Of a stretch of DNA of 64,000 bases, positions 38,653 to 46,659 are shown one piece after another. Numbering within the stretch: position 1 is the stretch's first letter; the number at the start of each line of letters is the position of its first letter. The DNA comes from Pseudomonadota bacterium. GTDB taxonomy: Bacteria; Pseudomonadota; Gammaproteobacteria; Xanthomonadales; Xanthomonadaceae. The notes under the pieces are model-generated. The model did no database searches. It saw only the letters and a list, made by a program, of their open reading frames with translations, and was not told the origin of the DNA. Made by a program: the position numbers and the translations under genes. The stretch covers positions 35,262 through 99,261 of the forward strand of contig JAFEFT010000002.1 in the NCBI GenBank assembly GCA_018240435.1. Reading direction: 5' to 3'.

Positions 38653-38699
38653 GGCGGGCTCGGTTGGCGGAAAGTGTGCGACGGGGGGCGGGGCGCTCC

Positions 38700-39185
38700 G
38701 ACGATGGGTTGCGCGGTGCGCAACCCATCCTGCAGGCTGACTCTTTTCCGGCGCGGTGCGCAACCCCTCCTGCGGGATGACCCTTCTCCCTTCGGGAGAA
38801 GGTGGCGCGCAGCGCCGGATGAGGGGTCGTCGGCTCGTGGAGTTGGCGGGCGCTTCGGCCCCTCACCCCAACCCCTCTCCCGGTGGGAGAGGGGCTTTGT
38901 CCTTCTCCCTTCGGGAGAAGAGCCTGCCCCCGCGAAGGCGGGGGTGGCGCGCAGCGCCGGATGAGGGGCCGTCGCGCCGTGGAGTTGGCAGGTGCTTCGG
39001 CCCCTCACCCCAACCCCTCTCCCGGTGGGAGAGGGGCTTTGTCCTTCTCCCTTCGGGAGAAGAGCCTGCCCCCGCGAAGGCGGGGGTGGCGCGTAGCGCC
39101 GGATGAGGGGCCGTCGCGCCGTGGAGTTGGCAGGTGCTGCGGCCCCTCACCCCAACCCCTCTCCCGGTGGGAGAGGGGCTTCAGG
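38700..39185. repeat. mosaic of palindromic REP-type units, including about 2.7 tandem copies of a 142-bp composite repeat
   Basis: The phase marker cccctcacccc recurs at 38859, 39001 and 39143, giving a period of 142. Each unit contains the hairpins ccctctccc-ggt-gggagaggg, ccttctccc-ttc-gggagaagag and ctgcccccgc-gaag-gcgggggtgg. Two gcggtgcgcaaccc..tcctgc.gg.tgac units lie upstream at about 38712 and 38752. Confidence 0.9.
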
Positions 39186-39608
39186 TGCGGGGATGGCGGC
39201 GGTGCACTTGAGCTCGATCGCGATCGGCGTGGGCAGGGCGGTGATGCCCAGGGTGGTGCGGCAGGGCGCGCGTGCCGGGTCGGGGAAGTATTCCGCCCAG
39301 ACTGCGTTGTAGGCCTTGAAGTCGCGCGCCATGTCGGTCAGGAATACGGTGACATCGACCAGATCGTCCCAGCCCGCGCCGCAGGCTTCGAGCACGGCGC
39401 GGACGTTGGCGAACACCGAATGGCATTGGGCGACGATGTCGTAGCTGCACAGGCGGCCGTCGGCATCGTGGACGTTTCCGGGGATCGAGTCGTCGCGCGC
39501 GTCGCGCGGGCCGATGCCGGACAGGAACAGCAACTCGCCGACGCGCCGCGCGTGCGGGTAGGCGCCGACCGCTTTCGGCGCATTCGTGGCGTGGATGGCC
39601 TGGCTCAT
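39147..39608 (-). CDS. RidA/YjgF family protein (candidate 2-aminomuconate deaminase)
   Basis: This is the last 153 aa of track ORF 39147..41642 (MSQAIHATNAPKAVGAYPHARRVGELLFLSGIGPRD...). The final roughly 13 codons (PAPEAPLPPGEGLG) are read from the 142-bp repeat. Confidence 0.75.
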   Translation of the reverse strand: MSQAIHATNAPKAVGAYPHARRVGELLFLSGIGPRDARDDSIPGNVHDADGRLCSYDIVAQCHSVFANVRAVLEACGAGWDDLVDVTVFLTDMARDFKAYNAVWAEYFPDPARAPCRTTLGITALPTPIAIELKCTAAIPAPEAPLPPGEGLG

Positions 39609-40282
39609 GGCGTGGTGGCCTGCGCAGCCGCACGCGCATGCACGCCGGCGACCGCCGCCGCATGCACCGTGGCCAGCGATTCGCGCGAGCTCACGTCCAT
39701 GCCCAGTTCGCGGATGCGGCCGTCGAGCAGGTCGTAGACCCAGCCGTGCACCGCCAGCTTCTGACCGCGCGCCCACGCATCTTCGATCACCGTGCTCAAG
39801 CAGACATTGGCGGCCTGCTCGATGGCGTTGAGTTCGCACAAGATGGCGTGCCGGCGCGTTGGATCGGCGATGCCGTCGATCAGCGCGGCGTGCTTTTGCG
39901 CGACATCGCCGACGTGGCGGATCCAGTTGTCGGCCAGCCCGATGCGCGCGCCGGTCATGCAGGCGTGGACGCCGCCGCAACCGTAATGGCCGACCACGAG
40001 GATGTGCTCGACCTGAAGCTGATCGACCGCGAACTGGATCGTGCTCAGGCAGTTGAGGTCGGCATGGACGACGACGTTGGCGATGTTGCGATGGACGAAT
40101 ACCTCGCCCGGCGCCAGCCCCATGATCTGGTTGGCCGGCACGCGCGAATCCGAGCAGCCGATCCACAAGAATTTCGGCGCCTGCTGTTGCGACAGGCGCT
40201 GGAAGAAATGCGGGTCTTCGGCGCAGACGCGTGCGGCCCAATCGCGGTTGCTGGCGAGCAGTTCGGTGGTGGAATCGTGCAT
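39605..40282 (-). CDS. can: beta-class carbonic anhydrase
   Basis: A 225-aa ORF with CSDSRVPAN and VVGHYGCGGV zinc-ligand motifs. Its stop overlaps the RidA start by 4 nt. Confidence 0.88.
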   Translation of the reverse strand: MHDSTTELLASNRDWAARVCAEDPHFFQRLSQQQAPKFLWIGCSDSRVPANQIMGLAPGEVFVHRNIANVVVHADLNCLSTIQFAVDQLQVEHILVVGHYGCGGVHACMTGARIGLADNWIRHVGDVAQKHAALIDGIADPTRRHAILCELNAIEQAANVCLSTVIEDAWARGQKLAVHGWVYDLLDGRIRELGMDVSSRESLATVHAAAVAGVHARAAAQATTP

Positions 40283-40288
40283 GGCGTT

Positions 40289-41740
40289 TCAATCCATCCT
40301 GATGCAGATGTTTTTCGGTTCGGTGAAAAAGCGCATCGCGTCCTCGCCACCTTCGCGGCCGAGCCCCGACTGGCCGACGCCGCCGAATGGCGTGCGCAGG
40401 TCGCGCAGCAGCCAGGTGTTGATCCAGACGATGCCGACGTGCAGGCCGGCGGCGATGCGGTGGGCGCGGTCGAGCCGTTGGGTCCACACGCTGGCCGACA
40501 GTCCGTAGTCCGTGGCGTTGGCCAGCGCCAGCGCGTGGGCGTCGTCGTCGAACGCTTGCAGGGTGACGACCGGGCCGAAGATTTCCTCGGTGTTGCTGCG
40601 GCAGTCTGCACCCAGCCCGTCGATCACGGTCGGCGCGATGAACCAGCCGCCTTCGCATCCGAGCGGCTGCAACGATTCGCCGCCGCACAGCACGTTGCCG
40701 CCTTCGGCGCGAGCGAGCGCGAGGCAGGCCAGCACCTTGTCGAAATGCGCGCGTGACACCAGCGGGCCGAGGTCGGTTTGCGGATCGAACGGACCGCCGA
40801 CGCGCAGACGGCGCACGCGCGCGACGAAGGCCTCGCGGAAGGCGTCGAAGACGCGGCGCTCGATCAGGATGCGCGAGCCGCACAGGCAGATCTGGCCGCT
40901 GTTCTGGAACGCGGCGCGGACCACGGTGTCGAGCATCCGCTCGCGCTGGCCGGCGTCCTCGAAGGCATCGGCGAACACCACGGTGGCATTCTTGCCGCCC
41001 AGTTCGAGTGACGTTTTTTTCAGCGCCGGCCCGCAGTGCGCGGCGATCTGCTGCCCGACCGCGGTGCTGCCGGTGAAGCTGACTGCCTTGATGCGCGGGT
41101 GTTCGACCAGCGCCTTGCCGACCACCGGCCCGAGCCCGTGGACGATGTTCAGCACGCCCGGTGGAAAGCCGATCTCGCGCGCGAGTTCGCCGAGCATCCA
41201 CGCCGTCACCGGGGTGATTTCCGACGGTTTGGCGACCACGCAATTGCCGGTCGCCAGCGCCGGGGCGATCTTCCATGTGAACAGGTACAGCGGCAGATTC
41301 CACGGGCTGATGCAGCCGACCACGCCCAGCGGCTGGCGCAGGGTGTAATTCAAGCCGGCCTGGCCGTGGTGGGACTGGCTGGCGAACTGCTCGGCGGCGG
41401 CGGCGAAGAAACGCAGGTTGGCGACCGCGCGCGGGATCTCGACCTGGCGGGCGAGCTTGAGCGGTTTGCCGCCATCGTGCGACTCGGCCTGCGCGAAGTC
41501 GTCCACGCGCGCTTCCAGCGCATCGGCCAGGCGCCGCAGCCAGTGCGCACGGGCTTCGTTGGCCAGCCCCGACCACGCCGGGAATGCGGCCTGCGCGGCG
41601 TGCACCGCGGCATCGACATCGGCGGCGCTGCCGGCCGGGCAATGCGCGAATACCTCGCCGGTGGCCGGATCGTGGACGGCCAGCGAATCGGCGCTGGCGC
41701 GGGCCTGGCCGGCGATCAGATGGGACAGATGGAGGGGCAT
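40289..41740 (-). CDS. nbaE: 2-aminomuconate-6-semialdehyde dehydrogenase (aldehyde dehydrogenase family)
   Basis: Taken from Met35 of track ORF 40289..41842 (MPLHLSHLIAGQ...). It has WNLPLYLFTWKIAPALATGNCVVAKPSE, LELGGKN, GQICLCGSR and EEIFGPV motifs. Substrate assignment rests on operon context. Confidence 0.8.
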   Translation of the reverse strand: MPLHLSHLIAGQARASADSLAVHDPATGEVFAHCPAGSAADVDAAVHAAQAAFPAWSGLANEARAHWLRRLADALEARVDDFAQAESHDGGKPLKLARQVEIPRAVANLRFFAAAAEQFASQSHHGQAGLNYTLRQPLGVVGCISPWNLPLYLFTWKIAPALATGNCVVAKPSEITPVTAWMLGELAREIGFPPGVLNIVHGLGPVVGKALVEHPRIKAVSFTGSTAVGQQIAAHCGPALKKTSLELGGKNATVVFADAFEDAGQRERMLDTVVRAAFQNSGQICLCGSRILIERRVFDAFREAFVARVRRLRVGGPFDPQTDLGPLVSRAHFDKVLACLALARAEGGNVLCGGESLQPLGCEGGWFIAPTVIDGLGADCRSNTEEIFGPVVTLQAFDDDAHALALANATDYGLSASVWTQRLDRAHRIAAGLHVGIVWINTWLLRDLRTPFGGVGQSGLGREGGEDAMRFFTEPKNICIRMD

Positions 41741-41785
41741 GGGGGCGGAGAGAGCAGGGGGCGGGAAGCAGGAGGCAGGGGTGAG
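41741..41785. repeat. heptamer-periodic purine tract on the + strand (GCAGGRG-type), which is a pyrimidine tract on the operon mRNA directly abutting the nbaE start codon
   Basis: The sequence is gggggcggagagagcagggggcgggaagcaggaggcaggggtgag. It belongs to the same variant family as the 3-prime tail of the icd array (6800-6866), but in opposite orientation to the adjacent 41831-41893 array. Confidence 0.75.
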
Positions 41786-41830
41786 ACTACTCCAGCGCGT
41801 CCCGTTCATGGCATTGCAGGCGCACAACCG

Positions 41831-41893
41831 TCTTCTGCCCACTGCCTACTGTCCACCCTTTGTCCTCCGTCCTCTGTCTTCTGTCCTCTGACC
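41831..41893 (-). repeat. tandem heptanucleotide array (GGACAGA)n of about 9 partly degenerate units, in sense orientation relative to the minus-strand SDR gene
   Basis: The minus strand reads TGA-GGTCAGA-GGACAGA-AGACAGA-GGACGGA-GGACAAA-GGGTGGA-CAGTAGG-CAGTGGG-CAGAAGA. It starts at the base after the SDR stop codon (41894-41896). Confidence 0.9.
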
Positions 41894-42682
41894 TCACAGC
41901 GACCGCGTCCTGCCGCCATCCACCGGCAGGTTGATGCCGGTGATGTAGGACGCCGCCGGCGAGGCCAGGAAGGCCACCGCGGCGGCGATTTCGGCAGGTT
42001 CGGCGAAGCGACCCATCGGCACCTCCGATTCCATTTCCGCCGCGACCGTGCCGATGCTGCCGCCGGACTTGCTCGCGCGCGCGGCGATGATCTGCTCGAT
42101 CCGCGGCGTGCGGGTCGACCCGGGCAGCACGTTGTTGACGGTGATGCCGTGCGGCGCCAGTTCACGGGCCAGGGTCTTGGCCCAGCTCGCGACCGCGCCG
42201 CGGGTGACGTTGGAGACGCCGATGCCGGGGATGGGCTCTTTCACCGAAGTCGAGATCACGTTGACGATGCGGCCGTAGCCAGCTGCGATCATGCCGGGAA
42301 TCACTGCTTCGGCCAGCGTCTGATTGGCGAGCAGATGAGCGCGGAAGGCGGCGAGAAACGCATCCTCGCGAGCACCGCGCACCGTTCCGGGCGGTGGCCC
42401 GCCGCTGTTGTTGACGAGCACATGGACGGCGCGCTCGGCAACCAGCGCATCGACTTTCGCGCGCAGGTCGGCGGTGTCGCCGGCATCGGCGGCGAGCCAG
42501 CCGTGGCGCTGGGCTGCATGTGCGCGCGGCAATTGCCCGGCGAGCGATTCCAGTACCTCCGCGCGGCGCGCCAGCAAGGTCACGTCGGCACCGAGTGCGG
42601 CCAGTTCGATGGCGCAGGCCAGGCCGATGCCTTGCGAGGCGCCGCCGACGAGGGCGTGATGGCCGGTGAGGTCGAGTTGCAT
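41894..42682 (-). CDS. SDR family oxidoreductase
   Basis: A 262-aa ORF with ALVGGASQGIGLA (TGxxxGxG-like), VLVNNSGG, and a C-terminal ASPAASYITGINLPVDGG. Confidence 0.8.
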   Translation of the reverse strand: MQLDLTGHHALVGGASQGIGLACAIELAALGADVTLLARRAEVLESLAGQLPRAHAAQRHGWLAADAGDTADLRAKVDALVAERAVHVLVNNSGGPPPGTVRGAREDAFLAAFRAHLLANQTLAEAVIPGMIAAGYGRIVNVISTSVKEPIPGIGVSNVTRGAVASWAKTLARELAPHGITVNNVLPGSTRTPRIEQIIAARASKSGGSIGTVAAEMESEVPMGRFAEPAEIAAAVAFLASPAASYITGINLPVDGGRTRSL

Positions 42683-42759
42683 GCAGGAGCTCCGATGGCG
42701 ATGAGCGAGGATGATGACGGCAGCTGGACGATGCCCGGCTGCGAGCGGCGGCAGTGTCG

Positions 42760-43092
42760 CTAATGGCGGGATGGCAGGCGTTGCGTCATCAGCGCGCGCA
42801 GTTCATCGGCATCGCTGCCGTCGATGCCGTCGGGCGGGGTGATGGCATCGAGGTCCAGGCCCAGCTGCGCGGCATCGTCGGCGTCCAGGCCGTCCCAGGC
42901 GCGAAAATCGGCGTCGAGCAGGGCGGCGTGCGCGGAATCGGCGCTGTCGAAGGTTTCCGTGCGCGCGTCGTTGTCGAGGATTTCGGCGATGCCGCTGTCA
43001 TGCACGCGCAGGCGCGCCCACACCAGCAGGTTGCCGACCGTGGCCAGCCACCATTGCTCGAAAGCGCCACCCTCGTTGTCGTCGGCGTGCAT
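42760..43092 (-). CDS. acidic hypothetical protein
   Basis: A 110-aa ORF with non-shadow composition (Asp/Glu-rich, WWLATVGNLLVWARL). It is the first gene of the minus-strand operon block. I recognise no domain. Confidence 0.45.
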   Translation of the reverse strand: MHADDNEGGAFEQWWLATVGNLLVWARLRVHDSGIAEILDNDARTETFDSADSAHAALLDADFRAWDGLDADDAAQLGLDLDAITPPDGIDGSDADELRALMTQRLPSRH

Positions 43093-43120
43093 GAAGTGTC
43101 TCCTGGGGCTGCGATGGATT

Positions 43121-43585
43121 GCTGGAAGTGGAACGGTTGCCGTCCGTGGTTCGACAGGCTCACCACGAACGGTGCTTGGGGAATGCGGGACAGGCGCATC
43201 AGGGACGGCGATGGGCTCACCACGAGCGGCCTCTCCCTTCCACCGTTCGCCCTGAGCCTGTCGAAGGGTGAGCGGGCGAGGGGTTGATCGTGGTTCGACA
43301 GGCCTGTCCTGAGCTTGTCGAAGGGCTCACCACGAACGGTGCTTGGGGAATCCGGGACAGGCGCATCAGGGACGGTTGCCGTCCGTGGTTCGACAGGCTC
43401 ACCACGAACGGTGCTTGGGGAATGCGGGACAGGCGCATCAGGGACGGTTGCCGTCCGTGGTTCGACAGGCTCACCACGAACGGTATTCGGGGGAATGCGG
43501 TGCTTGGGGGAATGCGGGACAGGCTCACCACGAACGGTTTTCGGGGAAATGCGGGGTTGGCTCGCCACGAACGGAATGGAGTGCA
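43121..43585. repeat. array of palindromic repeat units (72-bp unit present 3 times, plus one 108-bp-family unit and degenerate copies)
   Basis: The 72-bp unit gacggttgccgtccgtggttcgacaggctcaccacgaacggtgcttggggaatgcgggacaggcgcatcagg starts at 43131, 43371 and 43443. A ccaccgttcgccctgagcctgtcgaagggtgagcgggcgaggggttgatcgtggttcgacagg unit lies at about 43240-43300 and matches the 53883-54300 family. Confidence 0.9.
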
Positions 43586-43612
43586 TCGACGGGCAGGAAC
43601 AAGTGTGCTGGA

Positions 43613-43933
43613 TCATGGTTTCACCAGCCACGCCACGGCGCCGAACGCGGCGGCGCTGCACAATCCCAGCAGCAATACCGCCAGTGCGATGCGGGCCGGG
43701 GTACCGAGGCCATTCACCGATGGGTCGTGCAAATCATGATGTCGGCCTGCCAGCAGCCACAGCAGCGTCGATGGCGCCAGCATGCCGGCGCCGCCGAGTC
43801 GTGCGTGCAGCGCGGGATGGCGATCGCGCAGGTGCACGACCGTCATCGGCCAGAAAAAGGTGAAGGCCATCATGCCGGTCAGGGCCAAGGCGACGCCGAG
43901 CAGCGAAAACGTGAGCGCCATCGAGTAGCTCAT
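43613..43933 (-). CDS. small membrane protein with 3-4 helices; function unknown
   Basis: This is the last 106 aa of track ORF 43613..44233 (MSYSMALTFSLLGVALALTGMMAFTFFWPM...). It lies immediately downstream of asnS. Confidence 0.5.
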   Translation of the reverse strand: MSYSMALTFSLLGVALALTGMMAFTFFWPMTVVHLRDRHPALHARLGGAGMLAPSTLLWLLAGRHHDLHDPSVNGLGTPARIALAVLLLGLCSAAAFGAVAWLVKP

Positions 43934-43946
43934 CACGCAATGGCCA

Positions 43947-45371
43947 TCAGAACGTCGCCAGGCCCGGCGCGCGCGGGTAGGGGATGGCGTCGCGGATGTT
44001 GGCCAGCCCACAGACGTACACCACCAGTCGCTCGAAGCCCAGGCCGAAGCCGGCGTGCGGCACCGTGCCGTAACGGCGGAAGTCGCGGTACCAGCCGTAA
44101 TGCGCCGGGTCGAGGCCGAACTGCGCCATGCGCGCGTCGAGCACGTCCAGGCGTTCCTCGCGCTGCGATCCGCCGATGATTTCGCCAATGCCCGGTGCCA
44201 GCACGTCCATCGCCGCGACGGTTTTCCCGTCATCGTTCAGGCGCATGTAGAACGCCTTGATCTGCTCGGGATAGTTCATCACCACCACCGGGCGGCCGAC
44301 GTGCTGCTCGGTCAGCCAGCGCTCGTGTTCGGTCTGCAAGTCCAGGCCCCATTCGACCGGGAAGTCGAACTTCTGCCCGGATTTTTGCAGCAGCGCCACC
44401 GCATCGGAGTAGTCGATGCGCTCGAACGGCTGCGCAATGAAGTTTTCCAGGCGGGTGATCGCGGTCTTCTCGACGCGCTCGGCAATGAAGGCGAGATCGT
44501 CGCCGCGCTCGTCGAGCACGGCCTTGAATACGTACTTCAGAAACGCTTCGGCCAGATCGGCATCTTCCTTCAGGCCGGCGAAGGCGATCTCCGGCTCGAT
44601 CATCCAAAATTCGGCCAGATGCCGCGAAGTATTGGAGTTTTCGGCGCGGAAGGTCGGGCCGAACGTATAGACCTTGCTCAGCGCCAGACAGTACGCCTCG
44701 ACATTGAGCTGGCCGGAGACGGTGAGGAAGGTTTCCTTGCCGAAAAAATCGCGCGAAAAATCGACCGCGCCCTTGTCGTCGCGCGGCAGGTTCATCATGT
44801 CCAGCGTGGACACGCGGAACATCTGCCCCGCGCCCTCGGCGTCGGACGTGGTGATGATCGGCGTGTTGATCCAGAAGTAGCCCTGCTCGTGGAAAAAGCG
44901 ATGGATGGCTTTCGCGAGGCAGTCGCGGATGCGCGCGACCGCGCCGAACAGATTGGTGCGCGGGCGCAGGTGCGCGACCTCGCGCAGGAACTCCAGCGAA
45001 TGCGCCTTGGGCTGGATCGGATAGGTTTCCGGATCCTCGACCCAGCCGACGACTTCGATCGCGCTGGCCTGGATTTCGAACGCCTGCCCTTGTCCCTGCG
45101 AGGCGACCAGGGTGCCAGTGGCGATCACCGCGCAACCGGCGGTGAGGCGCTTCACTTCGGATTCGTAATTGGGCAACGTCGCCGGTGCGACCACCTGGAT
45201 CGGATGGAAGCACGAACCATCGCTGACGTTGACGAACGACAATCCGGCTTTGGAATCCCGGCGCGTGCGCACCCAGCCGCGCACCCGCACGCAGGTGTCG
45301 GCCAGATCCTTGCCTGCCAGTGCGCTGGCGACGGAAATCGCCGTCATCGTTGCTGCTGCCGATGCTGCCAT
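43947..45371 (-). CDS. asnS: asparagine--tRNA ligase
   Basis: A 474-aa ORF that is near-collinear with E. coli AsnS motifs: [53 protein letters not shown], and [18 protein letters not shown] with FGLGFERL. The start is possibly Met9 (45347). Confidence 0.95.
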   Translation of the reverse strand: MAASAAATMTAISVASALAGKDLADTCVRVRGWVRTRRDSKAGLSFVNVSDGSCFHPIQVVAPATLPNYESEVKRLTAGCAVIATGTLVASQGQGQAFEIQASAIEVVGWVEDPETYPIQPKAHSLEFLREVAHLRPRTNLFGAVARIRDCLAKAIHRFFHEQGYFWINTPIITTSDAEGAGQMFRVSTLDMMNLPRDDKGAVDFSRDFFGKETFLTVSGQLNVEAYCLALSKVYTFGPTFRAENSNTSRHLAEFWMIEPEIAFAGLKEDADLAEAFLKYVFKAVLDERGDDLAFIAERVEKTAITRLENFIAQPFERIDYSDAVALLQKSGQKFDFPVEWGLDLQTEHERWLTEQHVGRPVVVMNYPEQIKAFYMRLNDDGKTVAAMDVLAPGIGEIIGGSQREERLDVLDARMAQFGLDPAHYGWYRDFRRYGTVPHAGFGLGFERLVVYVCGLANIRDAIPYPRAPGLATF

Positions 45372-45470
45372 GCTCGCCTCGTTCGGTCATCGCACTGTGC
45401 GTGCGTCAAGCCCGACATGATAGCCGACCGCGCCGGCGCGACGGCGGCCAAGCGGCTCGGCGGCGCTATA

Positions 45471-45821
45471 ATGGCGGGCATGGAAGTCGCCTTCACGCCG
45501 GCCGCGCGAGCGCGCGTCGACCAGTTCCTCGCCAGCCACCCGGACAAGATCGGCCTGCGCTTTGGCGTGCGCCGGCGCGGTTGCTCGGGCTGGGGTTATG
45601 TCGTCGAATTGGCCGATGCCATCGCCGTCGGCGACACCGTGCTCGAGGTCGATGGCGTGCGCGTGCTGGTCGACGCCAACAGCCTGCCGCTGATCCGCGG
45701 CACCCGCATCGACTACGTGCGGCAGGGCTTGAACGCGCAATTCGTGTTCGACAACCCCAACGCCGTCGATGGCTGCGGTTGCGGCGAGAGTTTCACTACC
45801 GCCGCCGATCACGCCGGTTGA
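45471..45821 (+). CDS. HesB/IscA family iron-sulfur cluster insertion protein
   Basis: This is the last 116 aa of track ORF 44055..45821 (MAGMEVAFTPAARARV...GLRFGVRRRGCSGWGY...CGCGESF), with the three conserved Cys residues. Confidence 0.85.
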   Translation: MAGMEVAFTPAARARVDQFLASHPDKIGLRFGVRRRGCSGWGYVVELADAIAVGDTVLEVDGVRVLVDANSLPLIRGTRIDYVRQGLNAQFVFDNPNAVDGCGCGESFTTAADHAG

Positions 45822-45975
45822 GGCCGGATTGGCCCGGTACATCGCCTGCGCGCCCGATCGATTTGCGGTCGTGAAGGGCCGCTGCGGCGGCGGGGTGGGG
45901 CTGCGGCTGGCCGCGCGTGGTCGCGGCGGCAATTTTTCGACACTCTGCTAGGCTCGTGCTTCCGACGGGCCGGGT

Positions 45976-46656
45976 TTGCCGCGCATGGAGCACTGGCGTT
46001 CGCTGTTGATCCGGATCGAAAGCCTCGGCAGCGTCGATGCGACGGTGCTGGCGGCTGTGGGCGTGCTCGTTGCCCTGCTGGCGCGGCGCGCCCATGCCAT
46101 CGCGTTTCGCTACGCCTTCTGGCTGGCGCTGGCGATGGCGATCGGGGTGGCGACCAAGCTGGCCTACTACGGCTGGGGGATCCGCTTCGGCATGGGCGCC
46201 TATCACGGCATGAGCGGGCATGTGCTTCGCTCGTTCGCGGTTTATCCGGCGCTGGCGTTCGCGATCAGCACCGGCTGGTCGGATGCCTTGCGCATCGTCG
46301 GGGTGCTGCTGGGCGCAATCGTCGCGCTGGCGGTGACGGCGGTCATCGTCGGCTTGCGCGTGCATACGCCGGCCGAGGCGATCAGCGGCGGCATCATCGG
46401 CTGGCTGGTCTCGGTATGGCTGATCCGTCATGACTGGTTGGCACCGCTGTCGCGCTGGATTCTGTGGCCGCTGGCGCTGGCCTGCGTGCTCGCCTGTGGT
46501 CTGGCGGCATGGAAGCCCTACCTCGGCTACGATTTCGAGTCGAGGGTCGCCTTGCTTGCCCGGCAGATGCGTCATGTGATCGGCTCGCCGCCGTGCCGCG
46601 TACGCAATGGCCTGGTCGAGTGCCATCATCGCCAATACCGCAACAACGGGAATTGA
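45976..46656 (+). CDS. polytopic membrane protein with weak PAP2 (acid phosphatase) superfamily resemblance
   Basis: A 226-aa ORF with about 6 helices. MSGH and RVHTPAEAISGG resemble PAP2 motifs C2 and C3, but no clear KxxxxxxRP motif is present. Confidence 0.45.
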   Translation: MPRMEHWRSLLIRIESLGSVDATVLAAVGVLVALLARRAHAIAFRYAFWLALAMAIGVATKLAYYGWGIRFGMGAYHGMSGHVLRSFAVYPALAFAISTGWSDALRIVGVLLGAIVALAVTAVIVGLRVHTPAEAISGGIIGWLVSVWLIRHDWLAPLSRWILWPLALACVLACGLAAWKPYLGYDFESRVALLARQMRHVIGSPPCRVRNGLVECHHRQYRNNGN

Positions 46657-46659
46657 TCC

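Noticed and set aside
38225-39150. ORFs translating the repeats, such as 38541..39008(-), 38756..39106(+) and 38863..39150(-), with PLSRWERG / SPGGRG peptides. Similar ORFs occur at 42789..43661(-), 53132..54325(-) and 53839..54918(-).
   Set aside because: The peptide repeats mirror the DNA repeats in every frame. There are no start or RBS signals. These are the well-known artefactual translations of REP-type elements.
38700-39185. The possibility that the 142-bp, 72-bp or 108-bp arrays (also at 43121-43585 and 53835-54305) are CRISPR arrays.
   Set aside because: The units are directly abutting, with no unique spacers, and the repeat lengths are far from 24-48 bp. Each unit is internally palindromic (REP/BIME-like), and no cas genes are in the window.
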